A DNA stretch of 64,000 nt from a virus. Taxonomy: Duplodnaviria; Heunggongvirae; Uroviricota; Caudoviricetes. The stretch lies in IMG/VR virus record IMGVR_UViG_3300029533_000034; one strand, 5' to 3'. The position numbers and the translations under genes were made by a program. The notes under the pieces were generated by a model. It did no database searches. It was given only the letters and a program-made list of their open reading frames with translations, and was not told the DNA's origin. Shown here piece by piece: positions 46,220 through 56,485 of the stretch (position 1 is the first letter of the stretch; every line of letters begins with the position of its first letter).

Positions 46220-46423
46220 ATGGCGAATAAAGTGAAATGGCTTGATGAAAATTGCCATAAATGCGGAGCGCGGATGAATAGTTGGGATGCTCGGTTGACT
46301 AAGACTTTTAAGGTGCGGAATACGTGCGAGAAGTGCTTTTGCAAGATTTATGACATGGATCAAGACGCATTTCGTAGCAAAATGGAAGATTTTTGGGGCA
46401 TTCGTCCGTGTCAGGGGATCTGA
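46220..46423 (+). CDS. small zinc-finger protein
   Basis: AGAGGGTGG RBS. Confidence 0.45.
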   Translation: MANKVKWLDENCHKCGARMNSWDARLTKTFKVRNTCEKCFCKIYDMDQDAFRSKMEDFWGIRPCQGI

Positions 46424-46425
46424 TT

Positions 46426-47613
46426 ATGGAATATAACGAATTGACAAAGCGGTTGCTTGCAGAAGGTTATACTGCCGACCACCATCCTGATTATGTACAG
46501 ATAGATACGAGCAGGCTTCCTGGGGACAATCCGTTGAACAATCTTGCGGGTGGATTTAAGTATAAACGATTCTACAGAGATAGCATTATTTACAAGACTG
46601 GTTGCGGGAAGTACATAATGGGAAGCCATGTAATAGGTAATCTTGGATATATTATTGATTGGAGCCATGAAAATGACAATCCGGTGTTTCGATGCCCTTA
46701 TGATAAGCCGGAATGTGAGTACAATGATTCACGATTGTATGGCACACAAGGCGGAGGGTTGTGTATTCAATGTTTTTGTACATGCCATAAAACAGATGAA
46801 TTGTACGATTATGAAAACAGTATAGAAAAGGCTAACAAGGAACGTAAAGAAGAAAGGGAACGGAAGTATAAGGAATATGCTGATGCTCATGGTGGAAGAG
46901 TTTGCCAGAATCATATGTTTTATGATGAGCGAACGAAAACTTGGATACAACGCTATGATCCAATAAGGTGCGCTAAAATGTGCCTCTCACACAACGGATA
47001 TTGCCCGATTCTTGGACGACAGCTGAGCAGAAAACGTGGAAATGTGTATTATGACTTACGAAAATCCGGAGCGGTGCGACATGAAGCGCAGATTTCCCTG
47101 TTTGAAAAGGACAGATGGGAGACTGTGAAAAAGGGTATTCGTTTTCTTGATCATCCCTGCAGCATGGATATTTGCGAGGCAATTGCAAAAACATCACAAG
47201 AGGCTATTCGATGGCATTATAAAATCAATAATTCCTTTGAAAAATTAGAGGACGAAACTCTTACATGGGAAATTTACAACATCCGGGCAGAAAGCAAGCC
47301 GAGTCGAGACCTCATGCAGGATCTGCAAGATTTACGAGATGGAGTTGAACTTGTATGGGAAGATGATCGCATCAAAGAAGAGAAAGAGCAGAAAAAGGAA
47401 AAGCGAAAGCAGTTAAGACAGAAAGCCGTTGATCGGCTTGAAAAGAAGCTGATCGAGATTGGATATGAAAATCTTTCAGCTACATCCATTGACCGTGTGC
47501 ACGCGGATAAGTGGCTGGATCTGGAACGATTGGAAGAGTTGAAGAATATCCGGAAACAGAAAATAAAAGAAGAACAGGAAAAGCCTGTACAACTTAGCCT
47601 GTTTGATTCGTGA
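46426..47613 (+). CDS. hypothetical protein with Cys-rich core and K/E-rich coiled-coil tail
   Basis: long ORF. Confidence 0.55.
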   Translation: MEYNELTKRLLAEGYTADHHPDYVQIDTSRLPGDNPLNNLAGGFKYKRFYRDSIIYKTGCGKYIMGSHVIGNLGYIIDWSHENDNPVFRCPYDKPECEYNDSRLYGTQGGGLCIQCFCTCHKTDELYDYENSIEKANKERKEERERKYKEYADAHGGRVCQNHMFYDERTKTWIQRYDPIRCAKMCLSHNGYCPILGRQLSRKRGNVYYDLRKSGAVRHEAQISLFEKDRWETVKKGIRFLDHPCSMDICEAIAKTSQEAIRWHYKINNSFEKLEDETLTWEIYNIRAESKPSRDLMQDLQDLRDGVELVWEDDRIKEEKEQKKEKRKQLRQKAVDRLEKKLIEIGYENLSATSIDRVHADKWLDLERLEELKNIRKQKIKEEQEKPVQLSLFDS

Positions 47614-47628
47614 TTATCGGAGAAAAGA

Positions 47629-48537
47629 ATGAAAATAAGTTTGATAGACGTTGACGGGCATAATTTCCCAAGCCTGCCTCTTATGAAGCTGTCTGCTTGG
47701 CATAAGAAGAAAGGGAATGTGGTTGAATGGTATGATCCACTGACCGCATGGCAAAATCCGCCGGACAAGGTATACATGAGTAAAGTGTTTACTTTTACAC
47801 CGGATTATCCTCATCCGGTATGTGCCAGTGAAGTAGTAAAAGGCGGAACTGGATACCATTATCCAGACGGTGGTGAACCTCTGCTTCCAGAGATCGAGCA
47901 TTTCTATCCGGATTACAGTCTTTATCCGGATTTATGCAAGGACACAGCGTATGGCTTTCTGACAAGGGGATGCCCGCGCGGGTGCGATTTTTGTATCGTA
48001 GGGAAGAAAGAGGGCAGATGTTCTGTAAAGGTCGCAGATTTGTCGGAGTTTTGGAACGGTCAGAAAAATATAGTCCTGCTTGATCCGAATATGTTTGCAT
48101 GCAGAGATTGGAAAGATTTAAGCCAACAGCTCATTGACAGTGGTGCGTGGGTAGATTTTTCCCAAGGTTGCGATATTCGAATTATGACAGAGGAAAAAGC
48201 AGAATACATTCGGCAGATGAAAATTAAGAACATCCATTTTGCATGGGACAGATACGAGGACAGAGACAAAATCGTTCCACGGTTTGAGATGTTTAAGCAA
48301 CTTACCGGGTGGGATTACAGGAAAATGACGGTATATGTTCTGTGTGGATTTAATACCACCATTGAACAGGACTTGGAGCGAATATATACGCTTCGGGATC
48401 TCGGTTACAGTCCTTATGTGATGATTTATGACAAATATAAGTTGAAACAGGGCGATGAACTGAAAAAGTTACAGCGTTGGGTGAATTCGAGATTTGTTTT
48501 TGCCGCTGTAAAAGAATTTGAAGATTATAAGCCGTAA
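47629..48537 (+). CDS. radical-SAM-like protein (CPRGCDFC = CxxxCxxC) with N-terminal B12-binding-like domain
   Basis: GGAGAAAAGAATG RBS; CxxxCxxC motif at about aa 115. Confidence 0.5.
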   Translation: MKISLIDVDGHNFPSLPLMKLSAWHKKKGNVVEWYDPLTAWQNPPDKVYMSKVFTFTPDYPHPVCASEVVKGGTGYHYPDGGEPLLPEIEHFYPDYSLYPDLCKDTAYGFLTRGCPRGCDFCIVGKKEGRCSVKVADLSEFWNGQKNIVLLDPNMFACRDWKDLSQQLIDSGAWVDFSQGCDIRIMTEEKAEYIRQMKIKNIHFAWDRYEDRDKIVPRFEMFKQLTGWDYRKMTVYVLCGFNTTIEQDLERIYTLRDLGYSPYVMIYDKYKLKQGDELKKLQRWVNSRFVFAAVKEFEDYKP

Positions 48538-48881
48538 GGCAAGAAAGGAGCCGAACCTCCGGCCGGGGTAACGATATCGATCAATATCATGAATGTCCTT
48601 ATTCCGACAAAGACGATGTAGACGATTGTATGGATTATTTTATGGGTGAATGCCAGAACACATGCAGTTTCTGCCCTATGGAAGACAAATATGGAGTGAT
48701 CTAGTAAATTACTTGTTGAGGGGAAAATAAGAATTTATTTTAAAAGGGAAAGGAGAAAAAATTATGGATCAAAATACTAAAGTGGTAGTTTCAGCAGCTA
48801 TTATTGTTGACTGTATTTTCCGTATATTCCAATTCTTTCATATGAGATAGTGATACAGGTTGTAAAGGAGTGGTGATAAAG

Positions 48882-49508
48882 ATGGCAATAAAACCGATTT
48901 TATTCAATACAGAGATGGTCAGGGCAATTCTGGAAGGTAGAAAGAGTTGCACCAGAAAAATTGTGAAACCGCAACAGCTCATAGGGATGTTGCCGGATAA
49001 ATGCAAAAATGGAGCACCTGAAAAATTCTTGAAAGAAAAGAAACTCATGTTCAAACCATATTGCGATATGACAGATATAGAACTGATAAATACTGCATAC
49101 AAAGCTCCATATCAGCCGGGCGATATTCTTTATGTCCGGGAAACATGGAAAAAGGCGCCGAACGGATACTATTACTACGAAGATTGGCAAAGAAATGACA
49201 TTGCCGATGTTACAAAGTGGAAACCATCCATCCACATGCCGAAAGAAGCCGCGCGTATCTGGCTGAAGGTTACGAATGTGAGAGTGGAGCGGTTGCGGGA
49301 GATCAGCGCAGAAAGTGCGTTGGCAGAAGGAGCAGATAAGTATATCCACACAAATGGAGGACTTGATGAAAACATGACAATTACATCGTTTATAGGGATT
49401 TGGAACAGTACCATCAAAAAATCTGGCCTTGACCGCTACGGCTGGGATGCGAATCCGTGGGTGTGGGTAATTGAATTTGAGCGGTGCGAGAAGCCGGAGA
49501 GAGTGTGA
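48882..49508 (+). CDS. ASCH-like domain protein (ILEGRKSCTRKI)
   Basis: AAAGGAGTGG RBS; a fragment copy lies at 45620-45880. Confidence 0.55.
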   Translation: MAIKPILFNTEMVRAILEGRKSCTRKIVKPQQLIGMLPDKCKNGAPEKFLKEKKLMFKPYCDMTDIELINTAYKAPYQPGDILYVRETWKKAPNGYYYYEDWQRNDIADVTKWKPSIHMPKEAARIWLKVTNVRVERLREISAESALAEGADKYIHTNGGLDENMTITSFIGIWNSTIKKSGLDRYGWDANPWVWVIEFERCEKPERV

Positions 49509-49512
49509 TGGT

Positions 49513-49806
49513 ATGTGTACAATGAAGTGGAAAGAAGTTGCCCCAGAACAAGATGACTGGGAAAAGCAAATAGACATCGTTGCTTATTATGGCGGTATCA
49601 CCGTAGGAAGCATTGTTTATTGTGGCGAAGAGATAGGATGGCAGTCAGTGATTGATGGCCACATGAATTTTATGCAAGCCGAATCCTTAGAGGATGCCAA
49701 AAGGGAAATGATTGATATATTGGAGGAGCACTGTACCGACCAAATCAACTATTATAAGGAGTTACAGGGATACTTTGAAGGATTAAATGCAGCGGAGGTG
49801 AACTGA
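49513..49806 (+). CDS. hypothetical protein; its 5' ~80 nt is duplicated at 50598-50675
   Basis: ORF; internal ATG. Confidence 0.4.
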   Translation: MCTMKWKEVAPEQDDWEKQIDIVAYYGGITVGSIVYCGEEIGWQSVIDGHMNFMQAESLEDAKREMIDILEEHCTDQINYYKELQGYFEGLNAAEVN

Positions 49807-49991
49807 TGGTTAAAGCAGTATTGGTTATAGATATGCCGGAATCGTGCGATATGTGCGATTTTGCAGACGATACACAGCCACCAAGGTATGGAGAGCGAAC
49901 GTTGTATTGCAATGCTCCAGGTATTGGAGATGATGTGACAGATTATATTGCGTGCAGACCAGATTGGTGTCCGCTCCGGGAACTGCCATAG
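49806..49991 (+). CDS. small Cys-rich protein
   Basis: GGAGGTG RBS. Confidence 0.45.
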   Translation: MVKAVLVIDMPESCDMCDFADDTQPPRYGERTLYCNAPGIGDDVTDYIACRPDWCPLRELP

Positions 49992-50084
49992 AAACAGTAA
50001 GTGAATATGCAAATCTTGTCTGGAAAATTGCAGGTTGGAATGTGTGCCTGGATGAAATCTTAAAGTGAATGGGAGTAGAATTGT

Positions 50085-50315
50085 ATGAATAAACGAATTG
50101 CGAAAAAGAAATATAAGAAAGCTGTTGAGATCATAAAAAATCCTAAAGCACATGGATTAGCTTCAGTAATGATTATCAACCAAGCTTGTGTTGATACAAA
50201 TGGGCAGCCGTGTGATCCGAGGGAAAAACCGGATTCAAGGATAATTCGCCTTAAACGTCCAAAGATCATCTATATTCGCGATTGCAAAACCGATAAGGAA
50301 AAGTGGAAGTGGTGA
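50085..50315 (+). CDS. small basic protein
   Basis: GGAGTAG RBS. Confidence 0.45.
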   Translation: MNKRIAKKKYKKAVEIIKNPKAHGLASVMIINQACVDTNGQPCDPREKPDSRIIRLKRPKIIYIRDCKTDKEKWKW

Positions 50316-50362
50316 TTGAAGGAAGTGTGTTTCCGCCTATGACAAACGAAAGGATTTTGATT

Positions 50363-50656
50363 ATGAAACGTATTTTATTTTGTATATCACTAAGGTTTAT
50401 TATGGCGTCTTTTTTTGTCCATGTAACTTTATCAGAGCCGGTAGTTAAATTCTTTATGAAATTTTCAAATAATATAGAGGAAGTGGCTTGGTTCCTTATA
50501 GTATGGTTTTTAATAGTGGAATGGTTTTTTACTCTGGTTGTAACAACAGATTTGGCAAGTTTGTTTTTCAAAAACGATTCTGAAAACAATGAACCGAAGT
50601 ATCAGGCAAGTGGAAAGAAGTTGCCCCAGAACAAGATGTCTGGGAAAAGCAAATAG
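50363..50656 (+). CDS. small membrane protein; 3' end overlaps a duplicated fragment of the 49513 gene
   Basis: AAAGGA RBS. Confidence 0.4.
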   Translation: MKRILFCISLRFIMASFFVHVTLSEPVVKFFMKFSNNIEEVAWFLIVWFLIVEWFFTLVVTTDLASLFFKNDSENNEPKYQASGKKLPQNKMSGKSK

Positions 50657-50996
50657 ACATCGTTACCTATTATGGCACTTAATTTTGTAATCCATGACAA
50701 AATTGATAACGAAGAAATTGCTGACAAGATTATGGATATCCTCACAGAAGAAAGCGTCGTCGATACTATCTTGGAAGCAAGTGGTTTTGCAAATTAAAGA
50801 AGGTATACTTAATCTAACCGGCATTCCTCGAATCCATATCAGAAATAAATTAGAGCAAAAACTAATTGATTTCATATTAACAGAATTCAACGCTATAAAA
50901 TAACTAAAATTTCAGTGTAGCTGCAACACCTACATCGCAGTTATCCTAACAGACTTTAGGTGTTGCAATAATTTTAAAAAAAATGGAGATACAGAA

Positions 50997-51191
50997 ATGA
51001 AATATGATAATATTAAATACCATCTAATCAATACTATCAATGAAGTAGCTAAAGAAATTTATTCTTTAGATGAATTTTCTCAAAATCAAATATTCAATGA
51101 AGCTATCATTCCAGATGAGCCAACTTTATTATTTTTAAATAATAGCTACTATTGTTTAAACGAATTACTCTTAAGCCTTAATAACCTATGA
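50997..51191 (+). CDS. small hypothetical protein
   Basis: AATGGAGA RBS. Confidence 0.4.
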   Translation: MKYDNIKYHLINTINEVAKEIYSLDEFSQNQIFNEAIIPDEPTLLFLNNSYYCLNELLLSLNNL

Positions 51192-51493
51192 TTTTTTTGT
51201 GGCACCTGGCGTATGGATCTTTCCATTCACCAAAATAATAAAATTTAGGATGCCAATCGGGAATCCTCTGTTATTCAAATATGCTATTTTTTTCAGTTCT
51301 TTTCATTGCATTCCTGCTTATTGGTTTATGCCATCAGTCACGAAACGAGAAGAAAAAAGTATCCGTGCCACCGGTATATGTCAGGGAGCCGACTTTGGAC
51401 GAAGTAAGGGAAAAGATAAATGATGTGATTGGTTTTACGAGAGTTCAGTTTTCTTATTTAATTTAAAACGATATCTAAAAGGAAGATTCTAAA

Positions 51494-51955
51494 ATGTCAT
51501 ACAGAACTTACATTAACAATACGCAGGTGTTTGGCAACAACGAACGTTACCCGGAATGGATCAAGTACGTTGAAAGCAAGGGTATTACAGTCGGTGAAGA
51601 AGGAGATTATGAGGGAGAACTTGACGATTTCATGGAAGCTCTGGATGTCGTCGAGTCAATCGTAATGCGGCTTGAATCAGAAAGGCGGGAGAGGAAAAAG
51701 AATGGAGAAAAGTTCTTCAACCAGAGTATTTTTGATCTGGGGGATATTTACAATGAAGTTGTTGAAGATCCGGAAGAAGAAAGCCTGCTCGACAAAGAAT
51801 TCCATTACCTTGAGAACGGATATATGTTTATGCCGCATGCTTTCTATAAAGCCTGCGAAGACATCCTCGAATACAAAGGTCATTCCTGGAGAGGAAAACA
51901 TACAAAAATTTTCAAGTTGAAGGAAGGCTGCAAGATCAAAGTGAGTGCCGGTTAA
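51494..51955 (+). CDS. hypothetical protein
   Basis: AAAGGAAG RBS. Confidence 0.5.
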   Translation: MSYRTYINNTQVFGNNERYPEWIKYVESKGITVGEEGDYEGELDDFMEALDVVESIVMRLESERRERKKNGEKFFNQSIFDLGDIYNEVVEDPEEESLLDKEFHYLENGYMFMPHAFYKACEDILEYKGHSWRGKHTKIFKLKEGCKIKVSAG

Positions 51956-52271
51956 TTTCTTATATTTCCTATTTACAATTTTATGTTTGTTGTATTTGTA
52001 TATAGCAGGGTGGGTGTGCGGAAGCTCAAGAAAACTAATGCATGCTTTGAGTGCACTGTGGTATTTATTCCTGGCTGCTCTTGCTCTTCAGTTCCGGTAT
52101 CAGGGTAATTTTTGGGAGAAAGCGACAGAGTTTTCATTTACGAATTGGAAAGATATTGTGTTTCTTGTGATGTATGCGATCCCTATTGTGTTAACAGTTG
52201 CAGATATCGTGCTTGCAAGAAAATATGATAAGAAAGAGAAAAATAAAGAGGATTCAAAATATACAGAGTGA
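51945..52271 (+). CDS. membrane protein
   Basis: ORF; start uncertain. Confidence 0.35.
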   Translation: MPVNFLYFLFTILCLLYLYIAGWVCGSSRKLMHALSALWYLFLAALALQFRYQGNFWEKATEFSFTNWKDIVFLVMYAIPIVLTVADIVLARKYDKKEKNKEDSKYTE

Positions 52272-52458
52272 TCATCTTGGCTTTGTTATTTACTCGGCCT
52301 GCAAAATTTGCATATCAACTTGGAGTGTCGAATAAAGATAATAATTGGATAGTTGGAAGCATGTGTCCGGTAGCATTAACAATATCCAATATTGTAATAT
52401 TTCATATTAATAACTATATCGAAAAGAAAATCAATGAGTGAAAGTGTGAGGAAGAAAA

Positions 52459-52992
52459 ATGAAATTGGAATTAGGTAAAATATATAATTTCATTGGGTAT
52501 AAATGGATACCATTTGAAAATTATGGTGAAGAAGTCTGTATACAATCGCTTGGCATTACTATTGGTCCATGGCCTGGATATACATTAAAAGATTGCGGAA
52601 ACGGGAACTTTTGCAGAGCAAATTTACCAGAAAGTGTTGATTTTTATGACGATAAGACTCTTATGGTTGCAAAGATGCTTGCCTCAATAAATGGTATACC
52701 TGAAGGATTTTCGCTTTGGTTACCATTCACAGGCTGCGAAAGAAATCATCAATGGATGGAAGCGTTACAAAGAGCATGTTCATATTCACACAGAAAGGTA
52801 TGGACAGGCAGTTATGGTAATGTGTACAAAACCTTTTGTGGCAAACAAAAATACACAGCGTGGTATGTAGATAAGAATGGGAATTTTTCCAAATGTTCTC
52901 AAGACAAAAAGTTAACTATTGCTCCATGCGCTCGTCTTAAATTATCTAAAATAATTGTACAAGATAATAAAATTGTGATCGCTGAAAAATGA
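52459..52992 (+). CDS. paralog family A protein, copy 3 of 3 (most divergent)
   Basis: GAGGAAGAAAAATG RBS; GYKW...QSLGITIGPWPG...APCARLKLSKI. Confidence 0.55.
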   Translation: MKLELGKIYNFIGYKWIPFENYGEEVCIQSLGITIGPWPGYTLKDCGNGNFCRANLPESVDFYDDKTLMVAKMLASINGIPEGFSLWLPFTGCERNHQWMEALQRACSYSHRKVWTGSYGNVYKTFCGKQKYTAWYVDKNGNFSKCSQDKKLTIAPCARLKLSKIIVQDNKIVIAEK

Positions 52993-53088
52993 ATTATGCA
53001 CAAGGCAGGGTGCCTTTTTGTACAACTGCACAGGAGATGAAGCAGATATGATGGGTTGGTTATAATAAAATTAACAAATACAGTATAT

Positions 53089-53190
53089 GTGGCGGTAGCT
53101 CAGTCTGGTAGTAGCACTCCTGTATGGCATCGTAAATGCGTGTAAGGAACCATGCAGGTGTTGTCGGAGGTTCAAATCTTTCCCGCCACA
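53089..53190 (+). tRNA. atypical ~102-nt tRNA-like gene: canonical acceptor, D- and T-arms, but a 9-bp stem with 22-nt loop in place of the anticodon/variable region
   Basis: acceptor gtggcgg/ccgccac; D-arm TAGCTCAGTCTGGTAG; T-loop TTCAAAT; no standard 7-nt anticodon loop identified. Confidence 0.4.
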
Positions 53191-53203
53191 TCAATCACTA
53201 TTT

Positions 53204-53509
53204 ATGGAGGTTTATATGTTATTAACTGAAACAGAAAGCAAAGTTTTGAGATATTTACGAAATCCCTTTGAAATGTTTCAAGAGAAATATTCCCCTATCA
53301 ATGACTTATCAAACGAAGACATTGTGTCTTTATACAACAAAATGGACGCAGTAATTGAGGATGAAGGAAATACGAGACGAAGTTTAAACAATTATGATGA
53401 AATGTATGTATTGGAACTCTTAAGTGTCAAAAACCTTCTTTTAAAAGAGATTAATAAAAGAGGTTTGAATACATTAATAAATAAAAACTTGATAAATAAT
53501 AATTTATAG
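53204..53509 (+). CDS. hypothetical protein
   Basis: GGAGG RBS. Confidence 0.5.
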   Translation: MEVYMLLTETESKVLRYLRNPFEMFQEKYSPINDLSNEDIVSLYNKMDAVIEDEGNTRRSLNNYDEMYVLELLSVKNLLLKEINKRGLNTLINKNLINNNL

Positions 53510-53597
53510 GAGGTATCACTTTAATTTGGAGAAGTCTGAATGCGGTAACCTGTGAAAAATGTAAAGAATTAGGAGTTAGAAAGGAAAAAAATGAATA

Positions 53598-54056
53598 ATG
53601 AAAATATTTGAAAGAATTAAAAGAAAATATACAAATGGAGATCCATCTTCTGCAGAAAAAACGGGAATACAGAAGAAAAAAATACCATATGGTTACACAT
53701 TTTACCCGGTGTTGTGGAATGGGGGGAAATATGCAGTTAATCTCTTATTGGGAGCATATGGGTATATGTATGTTTATGCATATATTTACGAATACAGAGA
53801 AAAAAAGAGCTTTTTGAAAGGACACAACGGAAAATTTCTGTTCAATGCAGGAAAAATAAGCATGCAAGATGTTGCGCCATCAGATATTCCCCCGGATCTT
53901 AATTCTGAAAAGGCACTTTCTTTGCTTTACCCGAATATCATCATGGAAGCCTTTGCTATATATGGGGCAGATCTGCATAACCGGTCCTGGCTGAATGAAG
54001 AAGAAAAGAAAACTGCTGAGTGGAATGGGGTTATTTCTGAGAAAACAAAAGATTAG
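53598..54056 (+). CDS. hypothetical protein
   Basis: preceded by a conserved 55-nt leader that is also found at 55168. Confidence 0.5.
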   Translation: MKIFERIKRKYTNGDPSSAEKTGIQKKKIPYGYTFYPVLWNGGKYAVNLLLGAYGYMYVYAYIYEYREKKSFLKGHNGKFLFNAGKISMQDVAPSDIPPDLNSEKALSLLYPNIIMEAFAIYGADLHNRSWLNEEEKKTAEWNGVISEKTKD

Positions 54057-54195
54057 TTTTTCCGATGATCGTATCACATAAAAACCAAGCTGGAAGCTGC
54101 CGCGTCTTCGCGTGCAGATCAGTTAGAGAGTGAAATACTCGGTTATACGTTATAATATATTGTATAAATATTATTCCAACAAACGGAGGAGCGAT

Positions 54196-54657
54196 ATGGT
54201 TAATCTGCTTAATGACAAATTGTATAATCAATACTATCCTCTTAAAACAGAGGAAGAAAAGAATGAATTTTTGAATTCTAATAGTACAGAAATACATAGA
54301 ATGATAAGAGATATTGGTTATGATGCAAGAAATGAATTATATGCAATAGAACACGAATATGTAAAAAAAATGAAACCTACAGTATCATTTCTAGGAAATC
54401 CTAAATATCGAAATATTGCACATAATGAATACCTCGCTCATAAGATGCTTATGGATAGACGGGTTAAAGATATAACAGAAAAACTTCCAGATTTAGACTC
54501 TCTGGCGTGCAAAATTATATATCATGAATATGAAAACATTACTCTTGACGAATTAAATTATGTTTTAAGGCTAAAAAATTTTAACAAGCATAAAACTGGG
54601 ATGATGTGCGTGTTATCGTTAATTTTATTGATTGTATGCGCTTGTATTTTTCTATAA
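54196..54657 (+). CDS. hypothetical protein with C-terminal TM anchor
   Basis: ACGGAGGAG RBS. Confidence 0.5.
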   Translation: MVNLLNDKLYNQYYPLKTEEEKNEFLNSNSTEIHRMIRDIGYDARNELYAIEHEYVKKMKPTVSFLGNPKYRNIAHNEYLAHKMLMDRRVKDITEKLPDLDSLACKIIYHEYENITLDELNYVLRLKNFNKHKTGMMCVLSLILLIVCACIFL

Positions 54658-54682
54658 AATTCATAGAAAGACGGTGATACAG

Positions 54683-54892
54683 ATGCCTAGACCAAAGAAA
54701 GACGGGCGATATTTGAATTTATACCTTGACAGAGCGTTACATAAGGAATTTGAGCAGTTCTGTGAAAGTCTTGGACAAACCAAGACGGTTGCTGCCGAAA
54801 GAGCTTTCCGCATGTATATGGATGCTATGAAGCAGAATCCTGAGCAACTATTGAAAATAAGGAGGAAAGATAAAATATGTCAGATACATTAA
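54683..54892 (+). CDS. small DNA-binding-like (ribbon-helix-helix-like) protein
   Basis: ORF; weak similarity pattern only. Confidence 0.35.
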   Translation: MPRPKKDGRYLNLYLDRALHKEFEQFCESLGQTKTVAAERAFRMYMDAMKQNPEQLLKIRRKDKICQIH

Positions 54893-55218
54893 ATATATTA
54901 AAAGGAATAAAGCTATTGTTTAAAAGAGGAGAAACTTTTTATTATGCTAATAGAAATACAAAACAGGCAGAAAAGTGTACTGTTGTTGATTGAGTTTGTC
55001 AATATCCGATGGCGTATATAGCCAAAAACGAAGCATCGGTAGAAACTTTTAAATGTTATCATGATTTCGGGTGTTTTGCATCGGAGCAAGAAGCCTATGA
55101 TGATGCTCAAATCGAGGCGGATAGAATAATATTGATTTGTCCTATTCTATGTGACGATCTTCAAATAATGCGGTAACCTGTGAAAAATGTAAAGAACTAG
55201 GGAGTAAGAAAGGATAAA

Positions 55219-55440
55219 ATGAATCAAATCGAAAAATGCAATAAATTTGCAAAAAATTGCCTATCTTCCATAGCGACAGTTCATGGAATCATCATGATTG
55301 TTCTAGGAGTTATTTTAGTTGTTAATTCATTTAAACTTAAAGACGATGAGGATGATTCTTGGTGGGCTGGTCTAATAGGCGGTATTGTCGCATTTTTTTT
55401 GGGTGTTTTAACGATTATATTGGAATACAAATATTCGTAA
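55219..55440 (+). CDS. small membrane protein, tandem paralog 1 (VVNSFKLKDDED...LIGGIV.FF.GVLT.IL.YKYS)
   Basis: preceded by the conserved 55-nt leader. Confidence 0.45.
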   Translation: MNQIEKCNKFAKNCLSSIATVHGIIMIVLGVILVVNSFKLKDDEDDSWWAGLIGGIVAFFLGVLTIILEYKYS

Positions 55441-55467
55441 AACAAAAATAAGAAAGGATCAGAGAAA

Positions 55468-55659
55468 ATGGGATTACAAATGAGAAAAATACCAAATGAT
55501 TACTCATTTGACATGATAGTTCTAGGAATTATTTTAGTTGTTAATTCATTTAAACTTAAAGACGATGAGGATTATTTTTGGGTGGTTAATCTAATAGGCG
55601 GTATTGTCGTATTTTTTTGGGGTGTTTTAACGATGATATTAGCATACAAATATTCGTAA
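55468..55659 (+). CDS. small membrane protein, tandem paralog 2
   Basis: about 70% identical to 55219-55440. Confidence 0.45.
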   Translation: MGLQMRKIPNDYSFDMIVLGIILVVNSFKLKDDEDYFWVVNLIGGIVVFFWGVLTMILAYKYS

Positions 55660-55767
55660 AACAAAAATAAGAAAGGATTGTAGTGATATACTAATGTTGT
55701 AACAGAAGTGCCTAATTTCACAAAAATTTTAAAAGCTGGTTAATTTTAAAAACTTTTCAAGATTTCC

Positions 55768-55806
55768 TTGACGTTTTTTCAAATGACGCAATATTTATAG
55801 TACAAG
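55768..55806 (+). promoter_or_regulatory. recurring phage promoter, copy 11
   Basis: TTGACG...GACGCAATATTTAT. Confidence 0.5.
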
Positions 55807-55838
55807 GACAAAAAATGCGAAGTACAAGGAGAAAAATT

Positions 55839-56471
55839 ATGGGAAATTTAAAGAAAATTGCTGTATTAACACTGATTGCCGGCATGTTGTGCGCATGTAC
55901 CGGGTGCGGGTTGTTTGATAGTGAGGTTAATGAGTTGAACGGAACAATAAAAGGAAATACCTATAATATTTCCTTTTATTCCAATGAAGGAGAGAAATTC
56001 ATGGAAATGTCCGGTCAGAAGATTGACATGAATTCGAATACTGTTGAAGAACCTACATATACGGATAGCGGGTGGGGATATACCCAGACTCTTTCCAGTG
56101 TAGTCACAATTACTGTAGATGGCAAGGAAGTTGAAAGCTGTGGAACTACAATGTTGTTTGCAGAAAATGGCCTGTCGCCGGATGTTGATTTTACACAGCC
56201 GGATAAAATTAACAGTAAGACGGATGGGAAGCTGTCTGATAATACTATTATTGCCAAGACTATAAATAAATATAAAAACTATTTTGGAAAGTCTAGGATT
56301 GTAGTCATTCAGTCACAACTTGGAGATCCAATCTGCGCATATTCCGGGGATGAAGTGTATTGGAAAGTGTGCAAGGACCTACCAAAGACAACAAAACTGA
56401 TGGTTGATGGAAAGGCGTTGTATATCCACCGTGCGAATTTCCAGATCATCGACAAAGCACTTCTTAAATAA
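55839..56471 (+). CDS. lipoprotein
   Basis: AAGGAGAAAAATTATG RBS; signal peptide + Cys. Confidence 0.55.
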   Translation: MGNLKKIAVLTLIAGMLCACTGCGLFDSEVNELNGTIKGNTYNISFYSNEGEKFMEMSGQKIDMNSNTVEEPTYTDSGWGYTQTLSSVVTITVDGKEVESCGTTMLFAENGLSPDVDFTQPDKINSKTDGKLSDNTIIAKTINKYKNYFGKSRIVVIQSQLGDPICAYSGDEVYWKVCKDLPKTTKLMVDGKALYIHRANFQIIDKALLK

Positions 56472-56485
56472 CGGGAGAAAAAATA

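Noticed and set aside
50672-50797. 41-aa acidic ORF MALNFVIHDKIDNEEIADKIMDILTEESVVDTILEASGFAN
   Set aside because: It is protein-like, but its start lies inside the preceding ORF and has no RBS, so it was left unannotated.
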